Assembly: GCA_963768425.1 (NCBI GenBank)
Contig: CAVYHV010000014.1
Span: 128,001-192,000 of the forward strand
Reading direction: 5' to 3'
Source of the DNA: Candidatus Bathyarchaeota archaeon
GTDB taxonomy: Archaea; Thermoproteota; Bathyarchaeia; Bathyarchaeales; Bathycorpusculaceae
DNA: 64,000 bases
Position numbers and translations under genes: made by a program. Positions 10,236-21,112 of this stretch are shown one piece after another. The notes below the pieces were generated by a model that had not been told where the DNA came from, ran no database searches, and worked only from the letters and a program-made list of their open reading frames with translations. The first letter of the stretch is position 1, and each line of letters starts with the position of its first letter.

Positions 10236-11393
10236 TTAGATTTTGTAGTATCTCGCGTACAGAACTATGCCTGCCGCCAAGATAGCTACGCAAGAAATCG
10301 AAACCACCGCCAAATCAACGAGGACTGCTGGTCTTGTGATTGCTGCGCCTCGGAGGAAAAGCGACGACAACGCGTTTGTGACATAGTAGCTGGGGACGAA
10401 TTTGCCTGCGACTTGAGCGCTTGAGGATAGGGATGCGCCGACAAACGTGCCTAAGAAAAGCTGGGGAAGTACGAAGAGAAAGCTTATGCCTGTTGCTGCA
10501 CCTGCGGATCTTGAGATTGTTGCTGTAATTAAGCCGAACCCAACGTTTGAAAGCGAGAATATTAACACGATTAAGAAAGCGAACGAGTATGAGGATGCTC
10601 CGACCGCAGGTCTGAAGCCTAAAGCGTACGTCATTGCGAAAACTAAGGCTGCTTGGATCAGAGCGATGCACATGTATGAAACTACTTGGCTTGCCATGAA
10701 CTCTGAAGGGGTTGTAGGCGATATTCGGATGCGTTTCATCATTCCGTTTTCCCTGTCTGTTGTGAACGATTGAGCAACCATCATTATCAGAAAGATCGAC
10801 GCAAACGTGAACATACCAGGCGCGATGTAGTCAAGTGCGGAGGTGGTTTTCGTTTCCACGAGAGATGCGGTTTGGATTTGAAAGGGGATCTGCAACTGCC
10901 GGGTTTGCCCTGCTACGGATGCGAGGGCTTGTTGGATTATTGGCGGGATCGCTTGGGTTGCAACTAAGGAGCCTTTGTCTAGATACAATTGAACCGAAGT
11001 GTTTGTCCACTTTGACGGTTCATTGGAGAATGCTTGGTAACTGGCTAGGCTGCCGCTGAAATCTGACGGAATAACAATTACTGCCTGCACATTACCTTGG
11101 GAAAGGTCGCTTTGCGCTGTCGCGTTGCTGGCGTAAACATCAAGATTGATTATTTTCGTATTAACTAGAGCTGTGACAAGTATCTGGGAAGCGTTAACGT
11201 TGCTGGCTTGGTCCATGTTGACGACGCCGATGTGGTAGCTAACTGTTTGGGCGCCGCCTACTCCGCCGAACGATGCTCCGAAAGCGAATACAAAGACTAT
11301 TGGGAAAAGGAAAATCATGAAAAGCACTGCCGGCTCGCGAATTGTCCGTTTAAGTTCCTTTTTGGCTAATGCTGCCATTCGCTGGAGTTTCAA
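10236..11393 (-). CDS. ABC-2 exporter permease
   Basis: N-terminal TM, extracellular domain, DRENGMMKRI, five C-terminal TMs. Confidence 0.92.
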   Translation of the reverse strand: MKLQRMAALAKKELKRTIREPAVLFMIFLFPIVFVFAFGASFGGVGGAQTVSYHIGVVNMDQASNVNASQILVTALVNTKIINLDVYASNATAQSDLSQGNVQAVIVIPSDFSGSLASYQAFSNEPSKWTNTSVQLYLDKGSLVATQAIPPIIQQALASVAGQTRQLQIPFQIQTASLVETKTTSALDYIAPGMFTFASIFLIMMVAQSFTTDRENGMMKRIRISPTTPSEFMASQVVSYMCIALIQAALVFAMTYALGFRPAVGASSYSFAFLIVLIFSLSNVGFGLITATISRSAGAATGISFLFVLPQLFLGTFVGASLSSSAQVAGKFVPSYYVTNALSSLFLRGAAITRPAVLVDLAVVSISCVAILAAGIVLYARYYKI

Positions 11394-12146
11394 TTAGGGT
11401 TCCCCCTGATGTTTCTTCCCGTGAGTTTAATGAAAAGCTCCTCAAGATTCTTGACTTGGTGTTCTGCAATGAGTGCTTCAGGCGAACCCTCCGCGATGAG
11501 TTTGCCACGGTCAATTATGCCTACGCGATCACATAGTTCCTCGGCTTCCTCCATATAATGGGTGGTTAAAACTACAGTTTTGCCCTGGTTTTTTTGGTTT
11601 TTTATGAAATCCCAGACGGCGTGGCGAGACTGCGGATCCATAGCAACGGTGGGTTCATCCAGAAACACGACTTGGGGGTCATGAATTAATGCCAAAGCCA
11701 AGCTCAGACGCCGCTTCATTCCGCCACTATATTTCGCCGCGATCCTTTTCGCGTCTTCTTTAAGATCCAAGGTGGCAAGCAGAAGTTTACTTCTTTCTTT
11801 TAGCAGCTTTCTGTTCATGCAGTGAAGGTTCCCAAATAGCTCCAGGTTTTCTGCTCCTGACAGGTAGGGATAGACGGCTGTTTCTTGTGGGCAAACCCCG
11901 ATTAACTCTTTGACTTGCCGGGTTTCCTTTTGAACGTCGTGGCTGTAGATTTTGGCTGTTCCGCCTGAGGGTTTAACGAGTCCACAGAGGATGTTTATTG
12001 TGGTAGTTTTGCCTGCGCCGTTTCCCCAACAGCCCAAATAGTTCGCCTTTGGTGACTTCCAAATTGAGGCTGTCCAGCGCAGTTTTGTCTTCGAATTTTT
12101 TGGTGAGGTTTTGGATTTCTATTGCTGGTTCCGACATTTTTGTCAT
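11390..12146 (-). CDS. ABC-2 exporter ATPase (single frameshift near 12025)
   Basis: NGAGKTT, YSGGMKRR, FLDEPT; N-terminus MSEPAIEIQNLTKKF lies in another frame. Confidence 0.9.
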
Positions 12147-12275
12147 CTCAAGTTCTCAGTAGGCATTGCGGAATTTAGTTTCATGTTCAGGGGTTGCAGA
12201 AAGAAAAAGCTCTTTGTAATGCGTATAAAGGCTGTTTTCGACTAAAGTGGGTGAAAGAAAAGGACTTGCCCAGTT

Positions 12276-13172
12276 TTATGGAATGTCATCCGTCCATGTG
12301 GGGAAAATGTAACCTGTGTATAGGATATTTGGGGAAACGGCTTGTACAGTTGATTCGTTTTCTAGGCTTTCCCGAATCTCGCGCAGTTCTTTTGCGGTAG
12401 GTGTCCAAGCGAGGAAAAGGTAGTTGTTGGGTATGTTGCTGAACCCCCAATAGAAGAGCGTGTTCGGATAATGTTTCTGCCAGATGACGTTAACAGCGTT
12501 CGGGTCAGCTTCAGGTTTTAACTGAACGTGGAAAGCACTGATTATGTCGTTCGAAGCGTCTGGGTACCAATCGATAGATAACGTAATAAGATAGTTTTTT
12601 ACCATTCGATCAAGCCTACGGCGAACCGTTTTCGCTGATACACCGATTTCCTCAGCAACCGTTGAAGTTGCTTTGCGCGAGTTATCCTTCAAGGATAGAA
12701 CAATTTTGTAGTCGAGCTCACAAAGTTTCGTTTCAGGATTAAAGTTGAATAGCATGGAAGCGGGGACAGGAGAAACAGTTATTCCAACGATAGGTTCAGG
12801 CATCTGAGCGGCTTCTTTGACGAAGTGGACCAGCCTGCCTAATTCAGCTATGTTTTTCAGGTATGCGCCGATATACAGAACGTTTCCGCCGCCGAGTGCC
12901 AGCCAGTAAATGGACCCGTTCTTTTCCAGTTTTGGGTTAAGATCACGGGTCGAATTGAGTTTGGATGTTCCGAAGATTAGGATAGATATGCCGTTTTTCG
13001 CGATTAAGCTGAGTTTAGCGGTGAATTTGCGTATGATTCCAAGCTGGATTAAGGATTGAATGCGGTTGTGAACTGCGGTTACAGACAGGTTCAGTTTCTC
13101 CCCTAATTCGCGGTATGAAAGTCGGGAATCTGAGAGCAATAACTGACAAAGAATCACATCTGTCTTGTCCAA
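12276..13172 (-). CDS. Lrp/AsnC-family regulator with two HTH modules
   Basis: LDKTD..DSRLSYRELGEKLNLS and LDYKI..NSRKATSTVAEEIGVS. Confidence 0.85.
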   Translation of the reverse strand: MDKTDVILCQLLLSDSRLSYRELGEKLNLSVTAVHNRIQSLIQLGIIRKFTAKLSLIAKNGISILIFGTSKLNSTRDLNPKLEKNGSIYWLALGGGNVLYIGAYLKNIAELGRLVHFVKEAAQMPEPIVGITVSPVPASMLFNFNPETKLCELDYKIVLSLKDNSRKATSTVAEEIGVSAKTVRRRLDRMVKNYLITLSIDWYPDASNDIISAFHVQLKPEADPNAVNVIWQKHYPNTLFYWGFSNIPNNYLFLAWTPTAKELREIRESLENESTVQAVSPNILYTGYIFPTWTDDIP

Positions 13173-13321
13173 GAGCCGACACCTTTGCCGTCTGTTATAT
13201 TGCGGATTGCTTAAAGCCTTTAGCATTTGCTTCTTGAACTGTTGCACTTGTTTCATAAGTTTTGGAATAGAAGCAGATAAGTGGATGAAAACGGCTAAGT
13301 ATTTCCGGTGACGCAAACTAG

Positions 13322-15027
13322 GTGAAGCATAGAAAAATCTTGATTGCGACGGTTCTCATAGTAATTTTGGTTGTGTCTTTTTTTTAGCGTCTGACCTTCT
13401 TGCGCCGGCAAAACAAACCGTGGGCCCTTCAAAGCCGTTTTACGTGGGAATTGAAACAGGTTGGAACGCTACGGTTGCCGACTGCGAAGCCTTGATTGAT
13501 CAAGTTAAAGATTACATTAACATGTATATTATCGCCTCGCCGCAAGTCATCAAGAACGTGACAGAGCTTAACGAGGTGTGTGACTACGCTTATGCTGCTG
13601 GATTGTACTTTATGCCCGAGTTCTACGAACAGTTCTTTCTCAACGACACAGGATATATTCCCTCCGAATGGTTTAATGCGGCTCAAGAACGGTATGGAAG
13701 TCATTTGCTAGGCGTCTACTACTATGATGAACCAGCTGGAAGCCAACTGGACACGACTCAAATCATAAAAAACACAGTCATAACTCCAACTTCCCCAGCA
13801 AAAAGTTACCTGGACTACAGCAACTACTTCTTTTGGCTTTGGAACCATGGCAGCGGCGGCGGTTTAACACTAACTTCAAGTTACCTTAAAAATGTAAATT
13901 CTTCCCTTTTTACTTCAGACTACGGCTTGTACTGGTTCGACTTCGAACTCGGATACAACACGATTTTAGCGCAGTTCGGCTGGAACAACAGCAGACCAAT
14001 GCAGATTAGCTTAGTTAGGGGTGCGGCGGAAGCACAAAACAAAAGTTGGGGCGCAATAGTCACTTGGACATACAATGGGTCACAAAACGGGGGAACCTAC
14101 CTGGAACCGCCATCACAGATGTACAGCGACATGGTTTTGGCCTACAATAGCGGCGCATCGTACGTATCAATCTACGATTCATCACAAAACTATGTTAACA
14201 CAACGTTAACTCCTGACTACAAAAACGAATTGAAGCATTTTTGGAACTATGTCCAGCAAAACCCTGACAAACACGGCAGCCAGAAAGCTACCGTCGCAGT
14301 TGTGCTGCCTCAGGATTACGGTTTCGGCTTCCGTAGCCAAGACGATTCAGTATGGCAATACCACAGTGCAACAAGCTGGACACAGCAACTTTACATGAAC
14401 GTTACAAACCTTCTCAGCCAGTACAAATCAAGTCTAGACATTGTTTACAGTGACCCGCAGTTCCAAAGCACGATTAAAAGCGAGTACAAAAAAATCTTGT
14501 ATTGGCCGCAGGACTTTGAAAACAACGTAAACTATCAGGTTACGGACCTTAATGACAGTTTAGGGTACAACACTATCCAAGACGCCGTGTCGTCCTTCGC
14601 AACCTATGAAGGCCAAACGGTTATGGTTAATCTCGGCACGTACCAAGAAAACGTCGCCATAAACAAACCAGTAACCCTAACCACCGAAAACAAGAACGCC
14701 ACCATAATAGAAAGCAGGATGAACGGGACAGCGCTGACAATTGACGCTGACAACGTGACCGTGGCGGGATTCACGTTAAAGAACGCCGTCAGCCCTTTAC
14801 CGACGGCAGGTATTGGAATAATGCTTGAAGACGCCCATAACTGCAGCATAACGAACAACATCGTTACCGATGACTACGTGGGAATCCTTCTTGCAAACTC
14901 AAGCTACAACGTTTTCAGAAATAACGAAATCAGAAGCAACACCTTCAACCTGATTCTTCAAAATTCCGAGCCAAATAGCATCGATACTTCGAACATTGTT
15001 GATGGCAAACCATATTCCTTCGGTTAA
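13322..15027 (+). CDS. Membrane-anchored/secreted protein with aromatic-rich N-domain and C-terminal NosD/CASH beta-helix (frameshift in T-run ~13380)
   Basis: GTG start then hydrophobic signal at 13322; YYYDEP, SDYGLYWFD; TIQDAV..GTYQENVAINK beta-helix start. Confidence 0.75.
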
Positions 15028-15153
15028 CTAGCTTTGCCGTGCGCTCGAAAATTTACTGAAAAATGAAATTTCAATTCACAATTCAAATCAGAAAGGTCTC
15101 CGACCGGGGAGGTAGGTTCTTTCTTGTGTGTACAAGCCGACCGGTCGGGTCAA

Positions 15154-15189
15154 TGTCAATACACTTTGTCAATACACTTTGTTGATACA
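15154..15189. repeat. Three tandem 10-bp TGT-N4-ACA units at 13-bp period (probable operator)
   Basis: TGTCAATACA ctt TGTCAATACA ctt TGTTGATACA. Confidence 0.6.
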
Positions 15190-15318
15190 GCAGGCAAGCA
15201 TATGCTTTTCTAGACTTGCATTAAGATTTCGTTTTTGTCATCCCCCTTTGTTTCCCATAGAAACTCTTGTTGTAGGCATCACACAGTAACAACTTCTAAA
15301 AAGCACCCCTGAACCCCA

Positions 15319-15915
15319 TTGAGTGAGGTAAAACCTTTGAAAATTGCAATAATCGGAAAAGGCAATGTCGGCACAGCACTCAGCAAAGGCTTAAGTGGCA
15401 AGCACGAAGTGAAGTTTGGTCACCGAGACCCTGCGGAACCTGTCGCTGACGCAGCAAAATGGGGAGAAGTAATCATTTTGGCAGTACCCTACGACAACGC
15501 AGAAGACGCGATTAAAGAAGTCAAGCCTTACGCGGACGGAAAGGTTGTCATCGATGTCATGAACGCTATAGGATCGAAGATGGAGCTGAACATAAGCTGC
15601 ACGACCTCTACCGCAGAGGAAACCCAAAAGAAGCTGCCTAAGGCGCGGGTTGTCAAAGCGTTCAATACCGTTTTCGCGAGTAACCAAAACACGGGTAAAA
15701 TTGGCATGGAACAGTTGACGGCTTTTATCGCAGGCGACGATTCGAAGGCTAAACAAACGGTTGATCAACTAACGCGGGACATAGGGTTCGACCCAGTCGA
15801 CGTCGGACCTCTTAAGTCTGCGCGGTATCTTGATGCCATGGCCATAATGGTAATTAATTTGGCCTACAGCTATGGCATGGGACCAAAAATAGGCTACAAG
15901 CTGGTCAAAGCTTAA
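15319..15915 (+). CDS. NADPH-dependent F420 reductase-family oxidoreductase
   Basis: IGKGNVG Rossmann motif, ILAVP, VVKAFNT, IAGDD, DVGPL. Confidence 0.9.
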   Translation: MSEVKPLKIAIIGKGNVGTALSKGLSGKHEVKFGHRDPAEPVADAAKWGEVIILAVPYDNAEDAIKEVKPYADGKVVIDVMNAIGSKMELNISCTTSTAEETQKKLPKARVVKAFNTVFASNQNTGKIGMEQLTAFIAGDDSKAKQTVDQLTRDIGFDPVDVGPLKSARYLDAMAIMVINLAYSYGMGPKIGYKLVKA

Positions 15916-16004
15916 GCTCGGGCAAAATGCTGCCGAAATAAACTATCTATTTTAACTGCGTAAGACACTTTATGATCATCACAGTCCACTATGTAGCGAA
16001 ACAA

Positions 16005-16514
16005 ATGAGTAGCGATTTTCCGAGATTTTTCGCGGTAGCCGCGATCATTGTTGTTTTGCTAGCCGTAGGCGTGCTCGGAATAATTATAGGTTATAATCTG
16101 AAACCAGCAACTTCCATCAGTGCTTCCAGCGAGAAAGCGGGCATTACGTTGGTTGTTCAAAGCGACTTAACTCTTGGCCCCGACGACCAACTGCATGACA
16201 GTTTCGTTCCCTGCAACTTCACTGTCTACGCAAAACAAGTTGTAGACCTCACCGTCGTTAATTATGACAGCGGAGAGCACTCATTTACAAGCCCAAGTTT
16301 GGGCGTGAATTTTGCGATACCGCCAAGCAACGTCACAGGGTCACCCACAGTTTCCAATTTCCAATTCACTGAAGCCAACGCAGGAGTTTACCGCTGGTAC
16401 TGCACTTACCCATGCGACACAGACGCAGGGGGCTGGGCAATGACTGCTGGCACCGACGGGCAACCTGGTCAAATCGGTTTTATGGGCGGGTTTGTTACCG
16501 TGCTACCGGGGTAA
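16005..16514 (+). CDS. Membrane-anchored cupredoxin-fold protein
   Basis: N-terminal TM; VVNYD..EHSF; AGVYRWYCTYPCD..AM..GFMGG. Confidence 0.7.
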   Translation: MSSDFPRFFAVAAIIVVLLAVGVLGIIIGYNLKPATSISASSEKAGITLVVQSDLTLGPDDQLHDSFVPCNFTVYAKQVVDLTVVNYDSGEHSFTSPSLGVNFAIPPSNVTGSPTVSNFQFTEANAGVYRWYCTYPCDTDAGGWAMTAGTDGQPGQIGFMGGFVTVLPG

Positions 16515-16678
16515 GTCATCGGTCGTTTCCGAAGGATTATGATGCGGTTATACGAATGCGACCGGTAAGCATCAAAAGGAATGCGGAAAAAGTGCTCGGG
16601 AAGTTGTGTTTTGAGGGAAAAGTTTAAGGGTTAAAGTAAGTTATGGTTTGCCGTATTCCTGATCTTGAGGTTTATAGT

Positions 16679-17236
16679 TTGGCAACTAAACTTGGAACAA
16701 TTGAAGAACGCAAGGCAGAAGTCCTGATTAAACTCCGAAAATACAAGCTTATTGAAAAAGAAGCAGGCAAGTATGAAGGCGCAGTAGCATACATAATTGA
16801 TATTCCGCAGGACAAAGAAAAAGCATTAATCTGGTGTATTTTAGGCGAAGCAACCGTAGGCATAGCCGCAATGAATACCCTGTACAAAGTGATGAAAGAA
16901 AAAGAAATTGACCGCGCAATAGTCGTCACCGAAGGACGTTACACCCATGCCGTGAAGCTTGGTGCAAAAAAGAAGCAGGTTGAACTGCTACCCAAGTCTT
17001 TCCCAGTTTTCGACATTTTCGAACATGCACTTGTGCCGCTGCATGAAATCCTAAGTGAAAAAGAAAGAACCCAGCTTCTGACACAATACAAAGTTAAGCC
17101 CTACCAGATGCCACAAATAAAATCAGGCGACCCTGCAGTCAAAGCGATAGGCGCAAAACCAGGCGACGTGCTTAAAATCACGAGAAAAAGCACTACCGCT
17201 GGCGAACACATCACCTACAGATACGTGGTAGAGTAA
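16679..17236 (+). CDS. rpoH: RNA polymerase subunit Rpo5/RpoH with eukaryote-like N-terminal domain
   Basis: C-terminal [39 protein letters not shown] plus ~110-aa N-domain; start uncertain (16643-16679). Confidence 0.93.
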   Translation: MATKLGTIEERKAEVLIKLRKYKLIEKEAGKYEGAVAYIIDIPQDKEKALIWCILGEATVGIAAMNTLYKVMKEKEIDRAIVVTEGRYTHAVKLGAKKKQVELLPKSFPVFDIFEHALVPLHEILSEKERTQLLTQYKVKPYQMPQIKSGDPAVKAIGAKPGDVLKITRKSTTAGEHITYRYVVE

Positions 17237-17331
17237 AAAAACTCAACCCCAACTCTATTTTTTGTTCGTACAAAAAAATAGTATTTGAGGCATTCTTGAT
17301 TAATAAAAAGGAATTAAACAATTTAAAAGAG

Positions 17332-17889
17332 TTATTTGGCGATCATTACTTCTGTTGACTTTACGATTGCTTCTACTTCGTCGCCTACCTTGATGTCTAA
17401 GTCCTCAACTGCATCCTTAGTTATGACGGCGGTAACAATTACGGGCATTTTTACTTCAACCTTCACTTTAGCGGTAATGACGCCTTTTTCAACGGCTACA
17501 ACTTTCCCTTTAAAACGGTTTCTTGCACTCAACTTCAAACTTTTCACCTCCACTTTTGCTGAATTAGACAAAACAGTTCCCAAATAGCTCTCAACCTGCT
17601 TATACTCAACCAGCAAACTTCGCCCTAAATCCGTCAGCTTCGCGCCGCCGCCCCCAGACTTGCCGCCCTTGTATGTTTCCAATATTGGCTGCTCAATTGT
17701 GTCCTGAATTTCTTGTAAGTAATTCCAAACGTAACGATAGGACATGCTCAAGCTTTCGGCCGCTTTTGAAATAGAGTTTTCTTTATCTACAGCTTCTAGA
17801 ATTTCTGCGCCGCCTTTGCCAATCAAAGGCTTGTCTTTGTATTCCAACCAAACTTTGCATGAGAGCTTATGTTTTTTGTCAGTTGACAT
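17332..17889 (-). CDS. modE: ModE-like regulator (wHTH + TOBE)
   Basis: SISKAAESLSMSYRYVW, GGKSGGGAKLT, SARNRFKG, AIVKSTEV. Confidence 0.92.
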   Translation of the reverse strand: MSTDKKHKLSCKVWLEYKDKPLIGKGGAEILEAVDKENSISKAAESLSMSYRYVWNYLQEIQDTIEQPILETYKGGKSGGGGAKLTDLGRSLLVEYKQVESYLGTVLSNSAKVEVKSLKLSARNRFKGKVVAVEKGVITAKVKVEVKMPVIVTAVITKDAVEDLDIKVGDEVEAIVKSTEVMIAK

Positions 17890-17949
17890 TCTATCATTGG
17901 TTATGTTAAGAAAACCTTATAAATCTGATTAGACGCGGTTGGAGACGTT

Positions 17950-18123
17950 TCAGATTTTTCTCTTAGCCTTTATTCCGCCTAAGCAAATTATGGTGCCTGC
18001 GGCTCCTCCACTTAGAATCGGAAGCACATGGGAATTTGTGCCTCCAAAAACTATTGAAGATGCAACAATCACCACAGCCCAAATTAACACAACCCCGATA
18101 ACTACGACACGAAACCTCTCCAA
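17950..18123 (-). CDS. Small 2-TM protein (57 aa), not in ORF track
   Basis: Hand translation from TTG: MERFRVVVIGVVLIWAVVIVASSIVFGG..LPILSGGAAGTIICLGGIKAKRKI. Confidence 0.55.
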   Translation of the reverse strand: MERFRVVVIGVVLIWAVVIVASSIVFGGTNSHVLPILSGGAAGTIICLGGIKAKRKI

Positions 18124-18190
18124 CTCAAAGCGCCTTCCAAAATTTGATTGATGCTTTCTAAGGTTTAAAATTTCTGAAAAGCATGAAAGG

Positions 18191-18907
18191 TCAAAATTCT
18201 AATTCTCCGCTGATGAATTTGCGTGATATCTCGCTTTTCGGGTTTTCAAAGAAGTCTGTGGGTTTAGCGACCTCCACTATTTTGCCGTTGTAGATATGGA
18301 CTATTTCATCCGCAAGTCTTCTTGCCTGAGTGAGGTCATGGGTCGCCATAACTATAATGCGTTGAGCATCTTTCCGGTTTACTATGGCTTTCTCGATGAT
18401 GACGGAGTTGTTCGGGTCCAAATTGGCTGTCGGCTCGTCTAAAAGCAGAACATGGGGTTCAATCAGGAAAGCTCTGGCTAAAGCGATTCTTTGTTGTTCT
18501 CCACCCGAAGTCTTTTTTGCTCTGCGTTTTTCAAATCCTGAAAGCCTCACCGCTTGTAAAGCGTCAGCCACTTTTTTTGTGATTTGATCTTTTGGCACTT
18601 TCCTTATGCGCAAGCCATATACTAAGTTTGAGAAAACATTTGTGCTAAACATTACACTCTTCTGGAACACCAGAGTGGAAACTTTACGTAAAGCTTTGCA
18701 TTCGATAGGTTGATTATTGAAAAACAGTTTTCCAGCGTCGGCGTTTTCTAAGCCAGCCATAATCCGCATAAGTGTAGTTTTGCCTGCTCCGTTAACACCT
18801 AAAAGGACAATTATTTTGCCGCCCTGCAGATCTAGCGAAACTGAATGCAGAGCCTTTACGGCTCGATAGCTCTTCTTGACATCTACCAGCTGAAGACGGG
18901 CACTCAC
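18191..18907 (-). CDS. tupC: Tungstate ABC transporter ATPase
   Basis: GVNGAGKT, SGGEQQR, LDEPTANLDP; operon context. Confidence 0.88.
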   Translation of the reverse strand: MSARLQLVDVKKSYRAVKALHSVSLDLQGGKIIVLLGVNGAGKTTLMRIMAGLENADAGKLFFNNQPIECKALRKVSTLVFQKSVMFSTNVFSNLVYGLRIRKVPKDQITKKVADALQAVRLSGFEKRRAKKTSGGEQQRIALARAFLIEPHVLLLDEPTANLDPNNSVIIEKAIVNRKDAQRIIVMATHDLTQARRLADEIVHIYNGKIVEVAKPTDFFENPKSEISRKFISGELEF

Positions 18908-18910
18908 GTT

Positions 18911-19657
18911 TTAACCTCCACCTAAACCTCGCCAAAAGGACATTTTACCCCATAATCCCTCTTCTTGCCTGACCCGCTCTACGAGGCTTATCGTCAAAGC
19001 TAAAACGATCACTATTGCCATAAGCAATATCGCGTATGCCATGGCGACGTCGAAGTTTCCGAAGTCTATTTCCGTTGCAATAGCAGTGGTTAAAACTCTT
19101 GTTTCTCCAAGCAAGTTTCCGCCTACGATTGTTGCTATACCTAATTCGCCAAAACCTCTGTTAAAAGACGCAGTTATGGAAAGCACCATTGACCACACAG
19201 TTTCCCGAATAAGTGTTAGGTTCGTTCTGAACCCTGACGCACCAAGGGTTTTAGCTAAATCTCTTAGTTGAGTATCAGCTGTGCCCAGCGCGTTAGCGGT
19301 GAAACTTACTATGATAGGGGTAACCAAAATGGCTTCGCCGATTGCGATTCCATTTAGAGTGTAAAGCAAACGTAAAGAACCAAATTCACCATTCCTAATA
19401 AATAACAAAAACAAAAGTAATCCCAGCGCAACCGTCGGTATCCCTATTAACGCATTAAAGACGCCTTTGACGAACCATTTTCCCCTGAAATTGTATAAGC
19501 CTAAAGCTACAGCTATTGGAATACTCCATATGCAAGACAGTAGTGTTCCTAAACCCGCGACGTAAATTGATCTATAGACTGTTGAGTAAACTTCAGGATT
19601 GCCACTTATGATCAAGTTGATAGCTTGCTGAAAGGCTTTTACGATTATATCAGCCAT
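18911..19657 (-). CDS. tupB: Tungstate ABC transporter permease
   Basis: IPTVALGL, GELG..IVGGN..ETRVLTTAI. Confidence 0.92.
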   Translation of the reverse strand: MADIIVKAFQQAINLIISGNPEVYSTVYRSIYVAGLGTLLSCIWSIPIAVALGLYNFRGKWFVKGVFNALIGIPTVALGLLLFLLFIRNGEFGSLRLLYTLNGIAIGEAILVTPIIVSFTANALGTADTQLRDLAKTLGASGFRTNLTLIRETVWSMVLSITASFNRGFGELGIATIVGGNLLGETRVLTTAIATEIDFGNFDVAMAYAILLMAIVIVLALTISLVERVRQEEGLWGKMSFWRGLGGG

Positions 19658-19705
19658 TCACATCACAAAAGAAATGGGGGGAAATTTATTTGAGCTTTTC
19701 CATTA

Positions 19706-21097
19706 TTATTCTTCGGTTATTTTACCGCCGCTTTGAGTGTAGTTTATCGGTTGAGTCATAACAGGTTTTTGGCTGTCAGCGAAAATATAATTTGCGTAGT
19801 TCAGCGAAGAACTGGGTTCCATGTTTGCCATTTGTACATCGTACGATGAAGTGTACAGGTTGCCTGCCTCGTATCGGTACTGTGGTGGGCATTCGGTACC
19901 ATTAGCGTTGATCACGGGAACTGAATTTATGTAAGCATAGCTTTGGATCCAACTGTATAACGTGGAGTTAGATGAAGGGTTGTTTGCTAAAGGCACAAAT
20001 GGGTTAAACAATGTCTGATTATAGCTCGCTACTCCATAGTTCGTAATTACCTGTTGACCTGCAGTGGAAACTAGCCAGTTGACAAAAGTCATCGAAGCAT
20101 TAAAGTTTGTATTCGCCAAGTTGGCGTTTTGTGGGTTGTCAATTATTGCGCTGTACACATTAAGAAGCGATTGTTGACCTTGAATCTGGATTTGGAGTTG
20201 TATATCTCCATCGTCATGGTATGCGTAGTATGTTCCCGTATCTGAAAGTGTATATCCGCCGATGTTGCCATAATAGTTGGCTGCTAGCAGAGTCGGTCCC
20301 ATGCCTGTGCCGGTAGCTTTGAACCACGGTAGAGTAAGAAGTTGAGTATAGTTGCTGAAGCCTGCGGCCTTCCAAAGAGCAATCTCTTTAGTATTTGTCC
20401 CAGAAGCATCGTCCCTTGAGAACCAAAGCACATTGCTTCCTGGGGTTTGTGCTGCGTTGTAGATATCTATCATCGCTTGGGTAACGTTAGTCATGCCGTT
20501 AATGTGTGCAGGGTCACTTGCTGGACCGACTATGACGAAGAAGTTATAAGCTACGATTTTTCGGTCTACGCCGTAACCGTCTGTTAAGAATGGCAGTTCC
20601 TGTGATGGAGAGTGGACCAGTAGCATGTCTGCTGAGCCTGACTCTGCATCAGTAATGGCAACGCCGGTTCCTACGGCAACGAAGTTAACTGTAATCCACG
20701 GATATGTTGCCTGGAAAGAATCTTTGATGTCGTCTTTAATTGTAGTTCCATTGGCCAAAACTTCTGGTTGGTCTTCAAGTCCTGTATCATAAAGGCTTGT
20801 GGTTGTTGCAACTGTTAACGTAGTCGGGCTAGGGGTCGGTGTTGGAGATGGAGTGGGAGATGGCGTGGGAGTTGGGCTTGAAGTCGGCGAAGCTGTTGCG
20901 GTTGGTGAGGGCGTTGCAGTTGTTTTGGGCGATGAGGTTGGGGTAGGTTTAGGTGTTGCTGTAGGCGTAGGTGTTGGCGTTGGTGTAGGCTTAGTGGAGG
21001 AACCTGAGTAAGATATGTAACCGAAAACTCCAACTATTATGATGACGATTACTACGATTGCTGCGATAATTACATAAATGCTTTTCATTTTTTTCAC
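19706..21097 (-). CDS. tupA: Tungstate-binding protein with Pro/Thr linker
   Basis: [45 protein letters not shown]. Confidence 0.92.
   Translation of the reverse strand: MKKMKSIYVIIAAIVVIVIIIVGVFGYISYSGSSTKPTPTPTPTPTATPKPTPTSSPKTTATPSPTATASPTSSPTPTPSPTPSPTPTPSPTTLTVATTTSLYDTGLEDQPEVLANGTTIKDDIKDSFQATYPWITVNFVAVGTGVAITDAESGSADMLLVHSPSQELPFLTDGYGVDRKIVAYNFFVIVGPASDPAHINGMTNVTQAMIDIYNAAQTPGSNVLWFSRDDASGTNTKEIALWKAAGFSNYTQLLTLPWFKATGTGMGPTLLAANYYGNIGGYTLSDTGTYYAYHDDGDIQLQIQIQGQQSLLNVYSAIIDNPQNANLANTNFNASMTFVNWLVSTAGQQVITNYGVASYNQTLFNPFVPLANNPSSNSTLYSWIQSYAYINSVPVINANGTECPPQYRYEAGNLYTSSYDVQMANMEPSSSLNYANYIFADSQKPVMTQPINYTQSGGKITEE
20826..20993 (-). repeat. (Pro-Thr/Ser) low-complexity coding repeat in TupA
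   Basis: [31 protein letters not shown]. Confidence 0.9.
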
Positions 21098-21112
21098 TGA
21101 TTTTAGGGAAAA

